From assembly GCF_006345805.1 (NCBI RefSeq), contig NC_043014.1, positions 39,370,001 to 39,434,000 on the forward strand: a DNA stretch of 64,000 nucleotides, read 5' to 3'. The notes under the pieces were generated by a model that saw only the letters and a program-made list of their open reading frames with translations, was not told where the DNA came from and searched no databases. Position numbers and translations under genes: made by a program. Positions 22,059-35,755 of the stretch are shown one piece after another. Each line of letters begins with the position of its first letter. The stretch's first letter is position 1. Source of the DNA: Octopus sinensis (lineage: Eukaryota).

Positions 22059-24923
22059 CTTGTCCCTACCAAACATCGCGTAGCTAGTTTACTTATTCGA
22101 TCGCCATAGGCTTTAGACATCAGGTACGACGAGTCAATGTAACCAGGTCCCTCTCAGTACGTCGTATTTAGGCTCGCCTGTAGACAACAAGATTGTAATC
22201 TGTGTAACTAATCCGCCGAAGCTGATGACACTTTGCATTATCCTTATCTGCTGACCTAATTAATACTCTATCTAGATATGATCTTAATAACCTGATGCGG
22301 TTTGAACTAGACGAGATTAGTAAATTTTGGAATCTGGTTGATGAGTGTTTAGCAGTTAGAACAGGTTCGCTAGGGCTTTTAGATCTTGGTCTCTTATCAA
22401 ATACTCACATACAGTTCCAACGTGAGTCCAAGGTGCCATCCTAGTCTCCCACTGATACTACTAAACAAGGCGTTTCCAAAAATGTGTGTTGTTCTTAAAA
22501 ATGTGTTTATATTCTTGAATGTGATAAAGTGTAGAATTAGATTATTATCCTGCTTCCAACCAGAGTGCTGCTGCCAGGATTTGGAAAAATAGGGCAGATT
22601 TCCCCACCCCTTATTTTGTAATATAGGGGGGATTTTTGAAAAACAAGGGGGAATTCACGGTGGTGTTCAGTGAAAAAATTAAACACTACTTGACAGTGGC
22701 TAAAACGCGAGCCGATCAAATTTATGTATAAATATTATTTTTATATGTTTGTTTCCTTTAAAACAACAGCTAAAAATTTTCTGAAGCAGCACCCCGACTA
22801 ATTTTATTTACAGGCCGCCATTGTTCATAGGTCACCCTGATTGTAAGCACTAGCCTTACAAAACTATGTTGAGATATTCCAAAAAAAGAAGTACTTCTAG
22901 CTTTCATTTCAGGCTATGCTTATTACAGTTAAGTTGACTAAAAAGAATTTTAATGAGAAGAGAGACGTCTAAGCACATCCACAGTCTCTTCTTATGGGTA
23001 GCCGAAAATTTGAGAATCTCCTCAGTATTGCCAAGCAGTTTAAAGATGTCTTTTGGATTGAAGAAATGCAAAAAACTGTGACATTAAAACGGGGTAGGCT
23101 GATAAATGGTGAGTGAACATTATTTCGAACTCGAAAAAGAGAAGATAACAACGGACTTGGAAAATTCGACATTATACAAATATTTGGGAATAGATGAAAT
23201 TAAAATCGTGTCCTAATTGTTGTGTATTTATCAGACCCCGCCATGTTTGATGGTAAAAGTGTTTGGTGTTAAGAAGGATGTTTGATGAAATGTACTCGTT
23301 CAGGAATGAAAATGATCATTCTGGTATAAACCTTGTCTCAATGACAAGAACGCTATCTGTGCTATCAATACACTTGCAGTGTCGCATAGCTCTGTAATAC
23401 ATCCTCACTGACCCGGGATAACACGGTATGCTCAAGTGTGAACCGTGTTATGCTTATCACGAATTGTTCTGTGATAACACGGGTTGGTGATCAGTCAAAG
23501 ATCCTGCTTGGCCCGCAAAAGCATTTCCTCAGCTACTCAGAATGCACTGATTTTTGCTTGCGTTTACCTCACCATACTGTGAAGCTGCGTATTTTTTTAA
23601 ATACGGATTTACGTATGCGTACCCATATGTTTTATTACTCATTTATCACAGATTTATTTAACACGATGTCTTTTTTGGAGCCAAACAAACGTGATAAATG
23701 AGGCGAGATGTACTAGAGTGGAGAGTCTTGCAATTAAAGTCTGTTGCCTGTAATACGAGAAATCTATTTTAAAAAAAGACTTCCACAAACTGTACAAGAA
23801 GTCTGACACCCAGCGACTGACAATACATTTTTAGAAGTGACAGGGTACTATTGACCGCCAAGGAACAACATAAAAGATAGTCATTGGTATTGCCTGGCAC
23901 GTTTCCAAAAGTAGTTGATCGATTGAGTGATTGACGGAATGCTTAATCAAATAATTGACTAAAAAGTTCACGAATTGACTATTAAAAGAAATAAAAAAGA
24001 ACAATGTATGTAATTTGAATTTTTTTTATTTGCAATGAAGTTTTTTCGCAACCTATTATTAAACATATTTTGTTTCGTATATTTTAGCAAAATAATCTAA
24101 TTTTTATGACAGTAAATATTTCTATAATTTACAAGGCCATTCGTAAATATCCAAGATAACTCATTTGCGAAACAGTTAGCCTAAAAGGACTCTGTCTCTG
24201 GTTCAAACCTGGATTCAAGCATATTGAAGTTCTGTTTTGTTCTTGCAATTATTACTGATTTAAATCTTTGTAGTTTGACTAAAGGAAGGTAAAAGAAGAA
24301 GAAAAAAAATCACAAGAAGGCCTTGTATAAGGCCTTGTATCCTTACTGTGATAAAAAAAGGTATCAAAATCAAGAATATGTGCAACGGGAAAATTCTCAC
24401 AGGAAGTTAATTTAAACTTCGAATAAATAGCTAGCAAAACAGTTATACGAACGAAAGCTAGGTTTTCTCTGACGAACAACCATAAAAGGTTACCTTTATA
24501 TGGCCAATATTTCCGCAAACAGGATGCTCCATATATGAATAAAAAGAAATTGATTTTCATGTGGATGCACACATCCGTCCTGAGTGGAATATCGGAAGCA
24601 ACAATATTCACAAAACAGGAGAAACAGGAACAAGCCACTACCATGTGATATTCTGGAAGGAATATCCGCTACTCCTTACAACATAGGTGACAAATGCTGC
24701 CTGTTTGGAGTATTTCAGGAAATGTTTCGCATTATAATAAAACCGCCTACATTAATTTCATTAAAATATACTTGGAAATACAATAACGAAGCAAAGTTCT
24801 TTTAAATACTCCTCGCCAACAAATTTCAACAGTCTAAATAAATAAAGAAATTATAAAAAAAAAAAAAATGTTACTAAAATGAACTTCTATCTCAGAAAAA
24901 TAGCAATGTGAAGATACTACTAA

Positions 24924-25237
24924 CACTCCGTCGGTTACGACAACGAAGGTTCCAATTGATCCGATCAACGGAACTGCATGCTTGTGATATTGACGTACAA
25001 GAGGCTAAGCACTCCACAGACACGTGTAACGTTAACGTAGTTCTTGGAGAGGTTCAGCGAGGCACAGAGTGTAACTTGACTGGACTATGCAATTTTAAGT
25101 AGTACTCATTTTTGTCAGCTGAGTAGACTGGAGCAACGGGAAATAAAGTGTCTTGCTCGAGGACGCAATACGCCGCCAGGAATCGAACTCATGACCGTTA
25201 GCTGAATACCCTAAGCACTAAACCTCCTGTCTCCGCA
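24924..25237 (-). mobile_element. SINE with family 5-like head and family 3-like tail
   Basis: Tail GTCGTAACCGACGGAGTG is shared with 27415-27756; centre CCAGTCTACTCAGCTG is shared with 12228-12458. Confidence 0.7.
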
Positions 25238-25375
25238 TAACATAGTGAAGATATTACGGAAAGATAGTAATCATGAAGTTCACATGATATTTCATAAGCC
25301 TGACATTATTTTCCACGACAGAAATCGACAATAATGTATTGATTATCGACATCCTAGTATCAAACTTGTATATAT

Positions 25376-25607
25376 ATTTCTTTACTACCCACAAGGGGCT
25401 AAACACAGAGGGGACAAACAAGGACAGACAAACGGATTAAGTCGATTACATCGACCCCAGTGCGTAACTGGTACTTAATTTATCGACCCCGAAAGGATGG
25501 AAGGCAAAGTCGACCTCGGCGGAATTTGAACCCAGAACGTAACGGCAGACGAAATACGGCTACGCATTTCGCCCGGCGTGCTAACGTTTCTGCCATCTCG
25601 CCGCCTT
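25376..25607 (-). mobile_element. Full-length family 1 SINE with imperfect ~20-bp TSD
   Basis: Flanks TCCTAGTATCAAACTTGTATATA and TCCTAGCATCAAACGTGTATATA. Confidence 0.9.
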
Positions 25608-26420
25608 CCTAGCATCAAACGTGTATATACGTGAACAAAAATGACCCTTTCTTCTATCTCCTTCCTTATGTCAAACTACAAAGATTTCGATGAGTAAATA
25701 ATTGCAAGAACGAAAAAAGAATTTCATCAACAAGTCTAAACCCAGATTGGAACAAGCGATAAGTTCCTTTTAGGTAAACTGTCTCTTAAATGAGTCATCA
25801 TCGGTACTTAATAATTTATAGGAATACCGTGTTTTTCAGCGTAGAAGTTGAGGTATTATATTGTGTAAACATATAGTGTAAACGTTCAAACTTCATCACT
25901 ATTTTTTCAAATCCTGCTGCTTTTCACATATTTTTGGTCCTCCAAGGTCGTCTTGGACCTTTATAAGTAGACCTGACTTTTTTGGTTGTAAACTTTGGTT
26001 TGAAAACTTGGACTTCTACGATGTAGCATATGTTATACTTACTGTCATAAAAACAAAACTATTTTACTAAAACATACCACACAAAATACGTTAAATAACG
26101 TGTAGAGAGAAAAAAAACCCTCATTCCGATTTTTAAAAAGTTCAAACTATATTAGCTTTTGTTATGTTTCGAGAGGGTCGTTATACTAGTATTAAATATT
26201 TTTACTTCTTTTATTAGTCGATTCGTTAGCATTTAACCAACTAACTAATCGACTGTTTGATTAATTGTTTGGTCAATCAATCAATCAGCAAAGAAAAAAA
26301 CTTATCAAGGTCTTACGCTGCTGTTAGCGATATCATCAATGACGTGTCCTCTCTGCGCATTTTTTCCGCTTCAAGTCTGTCTGCTTCAGATTGATTAACC
26401 AAACGATCATTCAAACATTC

Positions 26421-27013
26421 TCATCTCATCTTCTTCGCCCACTTAATCCTAGGATGGTCGTCGGAGACAGATTCCTCAAGCACGACTTTCATCGGAAGCA
26501 ACCGTCGGAACCGTTGTCGGAAGCATCGCCTCCATTTGATCCGGCTGCATTCCCAAGCGAGACCAACCAAGCTCATGGATGTTATCCAACAATCTTGATC
26601 GTGGTCTACCCCTGGGTCTCCTGCCAATTGGTTTTGCCCATAAAAGCTGTCTGGTGATTCTTTCTCGTGACATTCTTACCACTTTCCAATAGTATCGAAG
26701 CAAGAGGCTGAATTAAGTGCAAGAATTGCAGGAGCTGGTGTAGTTATGCACCAACTTCAGCACTCGCTAATTAGAAGAAGAGAAGAAAATGTAAAAGCCA
26801 AACTCGCAATATTCAGTTCGGTGTTCATGCCTACCCTTACTTATGGTCATGAATATTGAATAACAACCGAAAGAATACGATCGCAAATACAAGCAGCCGA
26901 GAAGGGGTTCTTCCGAAAGGTCTTTGAAATAACTCGATAGAATGTGTAGCTTGGATATCAGAGATGCGCCCCAGGTAGAGTGCTGCTATTTCTCCGAATT
27001 GAGAGATCACATG
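26421..27013. mobile_element. RTE-clade LINE 3' fragment with 5' inversion
   Basis: Minus 26710-26421: LRYYWKVVRMSRERITRQLLWAKPIGRRPRGRPR. Plus 26712-27013: KAKLAIFSSVFMPTLTYGHE..TERIRSQIQAAE..LRIERS. Candidate TSD CAAACATTC at 26412-26420 and 27014-27022. Confidence 0.85.
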
Positions 27014-27414
27014 CAAACATTCAATTAATTGGTTAAGTCTTAAAGAATTGACTACTGAAAAAACCGAAATGGAACCTGCACATGTGTTTATTATTGGTAT
27101 AATAACCTTCCCGAGATACAACAAAATATGTTTCAACACACGAATAAACATCAAGAATCTTGCAAACCAAATACAAAAACGAAATATAATAGACTTGTTT
27201 TGTTTTTAAACAATTTTGTACTTTTCTTTTGCACTGAAATTGTCTGAAATTTATATTACAAGTATGACAATACTTTTTTTTTTAAATAACAAACGTTTAC
27301 CATCAAGCGCATATCCGTATGTGGTGTACAACATGATACACCAATTCAGTTATCGCCCAATCTTTTGAATATAGAATTCAGAACTCTCTCATTGACTTAA
27401 GGGATATGATGGAA

Positions 27415-27756
27415 GCACTCCGTCGGAACAGCCTGCTCGTGAAATTAATGTGTAAGTGGCTGAGCACTCCACAGACACGTGTACCCTTAACGTAGTTCTC
27501 GGGGATATTCAGCGTGACACAGAGAGTGACAAGGCCGGCCCTTTGAAATACAGGTACAACAGAAACAGGAAGTAAGAGTGAGAGTAAGTTGTGGTGAAAG
27601 AGTACAGCAGGGATCACCACCATCCCCTGCCGGAGCCTCGTGGAGTTTTAGGTGTTTTCGCTCAATAAACACTCACAACGCCCGGTCTGGGAATCGAAAC
27701 CGCGATCCTATGACCGCGAGTCCACTGCCCTAACCACTGGGCCATTGCACCTCCAC
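27415..27756 (-). mobile_element. tRNA-derived SINE family 3; partial copy at 50368-50523
   Basis: Head GTGGAGGTGCAATGGCCCAGTGGTTAGGG..GGTTTCGATTCCC; body shared with 50368-50523. Confidence 0.85.
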
Positions 27757-28429
27757 TTATATACTAAACTATTGTTTAGTTCCTAATATACAAACGACGA
27801 GATTGTAAATAGAACGCATTTCATCAGGGTTTTTCCACATGACAACATCAAAATTTACTTCGAGTCAACGAAGAATAACTTTGCGTGATCTACTAAATAT
27901 AGCAGCCTCAAATTATTTTCAAAATTCCCAAATCACATCTTATCAACATAAATTGGGAAAACATACCTGGTAAAAGCATGGTCTCATATAAACAAATGGA
28001 CATGAAGAATCTCTCTCTCTCTCTCTGTATAATATAAATACACACACACACACACACAAACACAAACACACACAAACACAAACACACGCACACACACACG
28101 CACACACATGCACACACACACGCGCGCGCGCGCGCACACACACACACACATTCGAAACGTGGAGTAGATGAAACAAAAACAACTGAAGAAGGGAAATATA
28201 CTTTATGTTGTATGTCTCGTTTCCATGTTTTTGTTTTGATGTTTTCGTTTCTCATTGTGTTCAACGTTCCTTTGATGTCCTGTACCCATATATGCATGTG
28301 TATATATACATGTAGGTATGTACATATATGTATATGTATAAAATATATATATATATAAGCAGATATTTATATATTATTTATATTATTATATGATCGAACG
28401 TCACGCATCCTTTTCTAAGTAAGTTTCAT

Positions 28430-28430
<1 letters not shown>

Positions 28431-28507
<77 letters not shown>

Positions 28508-28508
28508 C

Positions 28509-28544
<36 letters not shown>

Positions 28545-28561
28545 CCTACCTACCTACCTAC

Positions 28562-28636
<75 letters not shown>

Positions 28637-28843
28637 CCTACCTACCTACCTACCTACCTACCTACCTACCTACCTACCTACCTACCTATCTATCTATCTA
28701 CCTACCTACCTACCTACCTACCTACCTACCTACCTACCTACCTATCTATCTACCTACCTACCTACCTACCTACCTACCTACCTACCTACCTATCTATCTA
28801 TCTATCTATCTATCTATATCTATCTATCTATCTATCTACCTAC

Positions 28844-28914
<71 letters not shown>

Positions 28915-28924
28915 CATAGATAGA
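28431..28924. repeat. Compound (TCTA)n/(CCTA)n microsatellite
   Basis: Directly visible alternating blocks. Confidence 0.97.
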
Positions 28925-29161
28925 TACAAAGGCAAATATACATATTTTCAATAATTTTATTCAACTACATTAATGAAAAACATTTTCAACATGGTTCATT
29001 AGTGATAAGTTAAAGTCTTTACTATTCGAAACAATTTGCAAAGACTCCAATGAAGATACCGAAAGGAAAAATGAAGTTGAAAAAATATAAAACTGGGACA
29101 CAGTCGTGTTTTCGATACGTGTCTACAACAAGAGCTGCCTTTGATAAAGACACAGACAGAA

Positions 29162-29253
29162 GTATGTATGTATGTATGTATGTATGTATGTATGTATGTA
29201 TGTATGTATGTATGTATGTATGTATGTATGTATGTATGTATGTATGTATGTAT
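29162..29253. repeat. (TATG)n microsatellite
   Basis: Directly visible. Confidence 0.97.
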
Positions 29254-29984
29254 CTTTGTATCTATGTATGCATGTACAAACAGCGTTATATACACACACT
29301 CATACATGCATATGAATAGACACACAATACATACATAGATACATACATAGATACATACATACATACATACATACATATACGGATTAAAATTATACTCACA
29401 AGGCGCAAATAAAAATATCTTGATGCAGATAAAACCATATGCAATGGACAAAGTGCACAACAATACAAATTGTGCTACATAATTATCTCAACAAGTAAGC
29501 ACATGCAAAGACACATATATATATGTAGGGGGAAAATTAGATATGAATTATGAAGGAGCTTCCAAACTAGCACAAGTTTCTAGAATAGTGAAAGGGGAGT
29601 CTTATCGATAAAATATGTCAAGGCGAGAGATCAATTGCACGGGCCCGTCATGCGTGTATGCGTGATGTGTATGTCTGGCCGCCTGTGCATGCGCACGTGT
29701 CTGCGTGAACATTACCAGCGTTCGAATGAAGCTACCCCCTCCGTCTTTCATAATGCAGATTTCGTAATCACTGCTAGTTCCGTGGTCAAGTGATGCGTCG
29801 TCCTGACCATTAGGCGAGTTTTGAACTCAGAGCATACAGCACCGGAACAAATACCGTCACATAACCCATTCCACTCTCAAATGACTCTTCTCTGCTATTT
29901 CGCTGCCTGTGTGCATGCAATACACACGCGCACACCCACGTGGACACACGCCCACGTACACGCCCGCTCGCGCGCGCACACAGG

Positions 29985-30020
29985 CACACACACACACACA
30001 CACGCACACGCACACGCACG

Positions 30021-30097
<77 letters not shown>
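29985..30097. repeat. (CA)n microsatellite
   Basis: Directly visible. Confidence 0.97.
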
Positions 30098-30100
<3 letters not shown>

Positions 30101-31876
30101 CATTGCAGAAAGTCAAAGCATAACAAATCACTAGTCTGAGTTTCTCGGTTCCGGTCTTCGAACGATTACTAAAAATGGAACATAAAACTAATTTATAATA
30201 GATGCAGTGGACATGTTTAAATATTATAAAAGGCGCTGATGGCATAACATGGACTGACAGAAACCTACTGATTGAAAATAAAGCAGTTATTTGGAAAATA
30301 AGAAGGCTGCTAATTAGAAGAGAGATGAGGTTACGAAAAATCTAATTTCTTTTGCGGACAATAACTAACTATTCAAGGGAAATAACCTAAAATTTTAGAT
30401 GTCGAGGAATTACATAAAAGAGGTGATGAAATCCGTATTGTTTTAAATATTCTGATTATTCTAGAAACTATCCGCTTTGTAGGACATAGTTGGAATGTAG
30501 GAGTCTTGATTCGCATCTACAACAGTTTAATTAATATCACAGACTTTTCGCTTAAGGCATGAATGTCTTCAAATAAAATTAATAAATTTTCACCTAGACA
30601 TAATTTACAGCGCAAATTCTCGTTAAAACTGATATGCACTAGTAGCGAAGCATGCTCAATGGTTCAAAATTTGATCGCAAATGCTGCCAGACTTATTTCT
30701 TTTAAAAACCAAAAATATACTTAGAAAGACGTGTGAATATTTTTCCGGATTCTTGAATGAATTTTCCTGTATCTTTCTAAATGGAATTTGTGGGAAAATC
30801 CAGCGACTAAACTTCTGAATTCAACTGATCTGTCTGGAATGCTTTATTTTAAAAGTTAGTGTTAGATAATTACTTAAGAATGAACAAGAAGAGATTCCTT
30901 ACTAACGAAGTTAGATTATGATAATTTATTGGACTCGTTACTCTAAGTATCTCGTAACCACTCTTCAGACGATTATTAATATTGAAACAAAAAACTACTT
31001 TATAATCGCCATACAGTTGGCCTCTTTGAAAGTTATAACAAGCACTGATTGAGTAAACATAACCGTTACTTGAAAAAATAGACAATGGAGGTTATCATTT
31101 GCAGAAGAGAATTTTAAGTTGTATAAATGATTAAATATATAAATGTAAAAATATGTTTTAAAAAAAATCTTGTGCGGGAATATATTTTTTAATGCATGAG
31201 TAAAAAAAAATATTGTTCAACGGAAGTATTTCAAAATCTTTGAATATTCTAAAATACATCCATCTCAAAAAAAAACAAAACAAAACAAAACAAAAAAAAA
31301 ACAAAAAAACAAAAGCAGATGAAACGATCCGAATTTTTTTTTTTTTTCAATATTCAGAATTTTCCTTAAATAATAGTTCTGAAAAAAGTATTTTTTTTGC
31401 GTGTCTACAACAGTCAAGTATCTTTGTTTCTATCTTTAAATGATGCTTTGAAATAAAATGAATAACTTTCATTTAGACATAATTTAGTGCACAATATTTT
31501 TTCTTGAACTAAAAATCTGAAATTTAATGTAAGATATCTTCAATTTATTCTTTTAAAATTATAAAGCTTTGAAATATAAATAAATGCTTATATCTTCGCG
31601 GGGAAGAATGATATTGGAATTACTCTGATTTGTCTCATCTCTATTTGGAGACTCACCCGAAACATTTAACCTAATATTCTACATACGAAGAAAATAATAG
31701 TTTAAACACAAACACAAACCAGAACTCTTTTTAAAAAGAATAGTCTAATTTGCATAACTGCATATTCCTTGGCAGCATTATTCACAGCACATCATATACT
31801 GGATAATTATGTTGTGCATAATTAATTTATTACCCGAAATCACTGCAATGCAAATTAGACAGGCCTTTTCGGCTGA

Positions 31877-32779
31877 GTCCTGGCTTGCATCTGATATAAA
31901 TTGGAATAAATTTTTGATGTCTCAATGGGCAGAAAATTAGGGTACAATTTCCCCGATGAATCTCCAAATAGAGGTGAAACTAGTTCGGACAACTCTAATA
32001 ATTTTCGGCTACGAAGAGTTGTAAGTATTTATTGACACTTCACAATGAAGACAAAACGAAAGCAGAAAAAGAAAAAACGTACGTGTACGTTGAATTTCAG
32101 ATTATCGAATATGCACAATATTGTGTCTAATAAATTAATACTTAAACATATGTATATGGTGTTAAAAACGAGTCTTGAAGGTATTGATTTTAAAGAATAA
32201 TTTGAAAATTTAGAACGACGTGGTTTTATCGTTTTAACGTTTCCATTTCTGGATATTTGTGTTTAGATATCTACAAATTTTCAGTTATTATTCTTGAACA
32301 ACCAGCGCACATATGCAATTAATAATATATATTCTCGCTCATATGTATGCGGTCTTCGTATCATGCCTCATTTCACTATGAATATTCAAATCATTTTGCA
32401 TAGCTTTATCTTCTCCCCTCTTATCTGCATCTCCACCTTAATTTTCAAATAGCGGTTAATATTCAAGATCAAAATATGACACTTTATCCAATCTTTGCTT
32501 CTTACGATATTTAAACATGCCCAATGCATGGCTGTATATACTAATTTTATGTTCAATTTTTCATAAACTTTCGAAGAGCAGATTCGAGAAACTATGTATG
32601 AATATGTGTGCGTGTATTTTAAGATGCATATATGAGTGTGCAAGTATGTCTGTCCTGGATTGCATCTGATATAAATAGGAATACATTTTTGATGTCTCAA
32701 TGAGCAGAAAATTAGGGTACAATTTCCCCGATGAATCTCCAAATAGAGGCGAAACTAGTTAGGACAACTCTAATAATTT
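31877..32779 (+). repeat. 128-bp direct repeat pair, 775 bp apart (31877-32004, 32652-32779)
   Basis: GTCCTGG.TTGCATCTGATATAAAT...GGACAACTCTAATAATTT present twice with few substitutions. Confidence 0.9.
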
Positions 32780-32968
32780 ATATATATATAAATTAGAAAA
32801 AAAACCCACCTTTTATCAATTCAATAATGAAAAATTAAATTATACCATTTAGAAAAATTACATCTTATAGAAAGATTAAATATAAGATAAAACATATAAC
32901 AGTGATTAAGTAATTTTCATTATTGAATTGATAAAAGCTGTTTTTTTTTTCTAATTTATATATATATA
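32780..32968. repeat. AT-rich inverted repeat (about 58-bp arms)
   Basis: AAATTAGAAAAAAAA..CTTTTATCAATTCAATAATGAAAA versus its reverse complement at 32911-32968. Confidence 0.75.
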
Positions 32969-33053
32969 TATATATACATATATTATATTTTGTGAAATTT
33001 GATTTAGTATTTCTAAATTGAATTTTTCCCTGTAAGTTTGGAATAATCCCTCA

Positions 33054-33086
<33 letters not shown>

Positions 33087-33109
33087 ATATATATATATAT
33101 ATGTGTGTA

Positions 33110-33217
<108 letters not shown>

Positions 33218-33550
33218 TTATATGTATATGTATGTATGAATGTATATATAGATATAAGCACATATGTACGCGTAAACACATGTAGGTGTATGTGAGTGAG
33301 TGTTTGTGTGTGTGTGTGTTTGTGTGTGTGTTATCAATAATCGGCAAAAGTTATAGAGTGAATCAAAGGCCGAGAGTTTCGTGTATATAAGTGTTGATGT
33401 ATGAAACTCTCAGTCCTCGAGTCACTCTATAATTTTTGCCGATTAACAGAAAATGTGTATGTACTCGTGTTTTGAGTTTTATTTTCCTCCATGCAAATAC
33501 ACATACACACATATATGATATATTCATCTGATATATATATTATATATATA

Positions 33551-33597
<47 letters not shown>

Positions 33598-34080
33598 ATA
33601 TATATATATATATTATATATATATATATATGTATGTATATATTTCTCAAAGGAATTCCAACTCTGTCTCTTTTTCACATTTTATTTATAATCTTCTAATA
33701 TTAATATATGATATATCTTATATTAATATTAATATTAGAAGATTATAAATAAAATGTGAAAAACAGAGTTGGAATTCCTTTGAGTAATATATTCTTCTCT
33801 ACACAATCATACAAGCCCCCTTGTATATATATATTATATATATATAATATATATATATATATATACTTTGATACTTTGATAGGTTTCGGCCATTATTGGC
33901 CCAGGCCATGTCTAACTTAATAGCACCACCTGGTGAAATAGCACCACCTGGTGCTATATATATATATATATAATATATATATATATAAAGGGAAAATTTA
34001 TGAAAATAAACAAAAGACGAAGACGGGTGGTGTACAAAACAAACAGATGTATTAGTATAGCGCTCAGGAATAGAAAAAGT

Positions 34081-34116
34081 CTTTTACGTTTCGAGCCTAC
34101 GCTCTTCTACAGAAAG
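34081..34116 (-). ncRNA. Minimal hammerhead-like motif with A6U core (CUGUAGA)
   Basis: Minus strand reads CTTT-CTGTAGA-A-GAGC GTAG GCTC-GAAAC-GTA-AAAG, within a repeat 33988-34170 also found at 42440-42610. Confidence 0.6.
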
Positions 34117-35051
34117 GTACACAGAAAAAACAAGGAGAGAAACAAGGAGAGAAAAAAATGTGTGTAGTGGCTAACGATCTACCATGGCGTCTGACTCGGA
34201 CAAATATATATATATATATATATGTATGTATCTCTCACCCATTCTCTCTCCCTCTCTATCTATCTATCTATCTATATATCTATCTATCTATCTATCTATC
34301 TATGTATCTATCTATCTATCTATCTATCTATATACATACACACATACACAGTGTATTACCAGGAGCTTATTTTATCTCTCCCAACGAGAATTGATAAGGG
34401 AAAATAAGGTCCCGGTTAGAATTATGCAGGACGATGAAGAAATACATCTGCAATGAAACAGCTGTTTGCGGAAGTAATTGAGAGACAGCGAGGAAAAAAA
34501 AATTACGTACATACATAATAAAAATGAAAGTTAATAACGTCGTTAAAATGCGAGTAGAACAAAAAAAATTAAACGATTATTATAATTATTATCATAATTT
34601 TTTTTCTTGTTATAATTTTACTATTTAAATATATTTTAAACGGTGATACAAGCTTACCTAAATGCTGTTTATCCGGCGGGTTAGTTCTGAACAAATCGCT
34701 TTTCCTTCCAGTGAGTTAATGAATGATGCGTTCTCTAGCTAATGTGACCGAAAATGACAGCGTAAGCAATGTAAAGTCCGATAGTAAGAAATTAGGTCAA
34801 GATTAAAACAATAGCGTAACTATCAAACTATCAAATACATATTTGCTGTTAATTCGAGTTGAAGTTTTATTATTATTAGTATTATTATTATAATTTATAT
34901 GTTTTTATCTTCGATTTGTTCTCGTAATCACCCACTTCAAACCAATATCTGATAAAATCTTTTGAGGCCAAATTCTGTCCAAGAGAATGTCAAAAAGAAA
35001 GGAAAATCTTCTTGGTGATGGGGGAAACTTCGTAATTCAATTTAATTACGA

Positions 35052-35108
<57 letters not shown>

Positions 35109-35755
35109 TATACATACATACATACATACATACATACATACAGACAGACAGACAGACAGACAGACAGTTTATCGTTTACTCGTTTCACTCATTAGACTGC
35201 GGCCTTGCTGGAGCACCGCCTCGAAGTATTTTAGCGGAATGAATCGATCCCAGCACTCTTTTTTTACAGCCTAGTACTGATTCTGTCGATCATCGTTTTC
35301 TGAACCGCTAAGTTACGGAGTCATAAACACACCAACACCTACTGGTAAGTGGAGGTTGAGGACAAACTAATACATAAAGACATGTACACACACACACACT
35401 AACACTAACACACATACACACACATACACACACACACGCACACACACACAACACTTTCACTTTCTGTCTACCAAATACAATCACAAGGATCTGGTCAGCC
35501 TGAGGTGGAGATAGTTGACCAAGGTGACACTGAACCCGGAACTATGTGGTTGGAAAGCAAACCTCTTACAATGTGGCCACGCCTGCGACACACACACATT
35601 CAGAAACACATATATATGCGCGTACACACTCTTACACACATACAAACATATATATATTCGAATATTACAGAGCGGAAGAGTGTACTCAGTACATGGTGTA
35701 GAGTACAGCTTTTATTTAGATTAATGATGAGAACATATATATAAATATATATATA

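Larger units (their letters stand above)
22950..25790 (+). mobile_element. Old fragmented R4/Dong-type LINE (RT end, CCHC knuckle, RLE) interrupted by later insertions
   Basis: KMSFGLKKC..TLKRGRLI..STLYKYLGIDE and AINTLAV (22950-23395); PLYGQYFRKQ..W.HTSVLSG..DKCCLFG..EMFRII (24470-24740); KPDIIFHDR..VLIIDI (from 25290). Many stops and frameshifts. Confidence 0.7.

Noticed and set aside
33878-33906. Minus-strand GGCCA-ATAA-TGGCC-GAAAC hairpin
   Set aside because: Only the 3' half of a hammerhead; CUGANGA and the cleavage triplet are missing.
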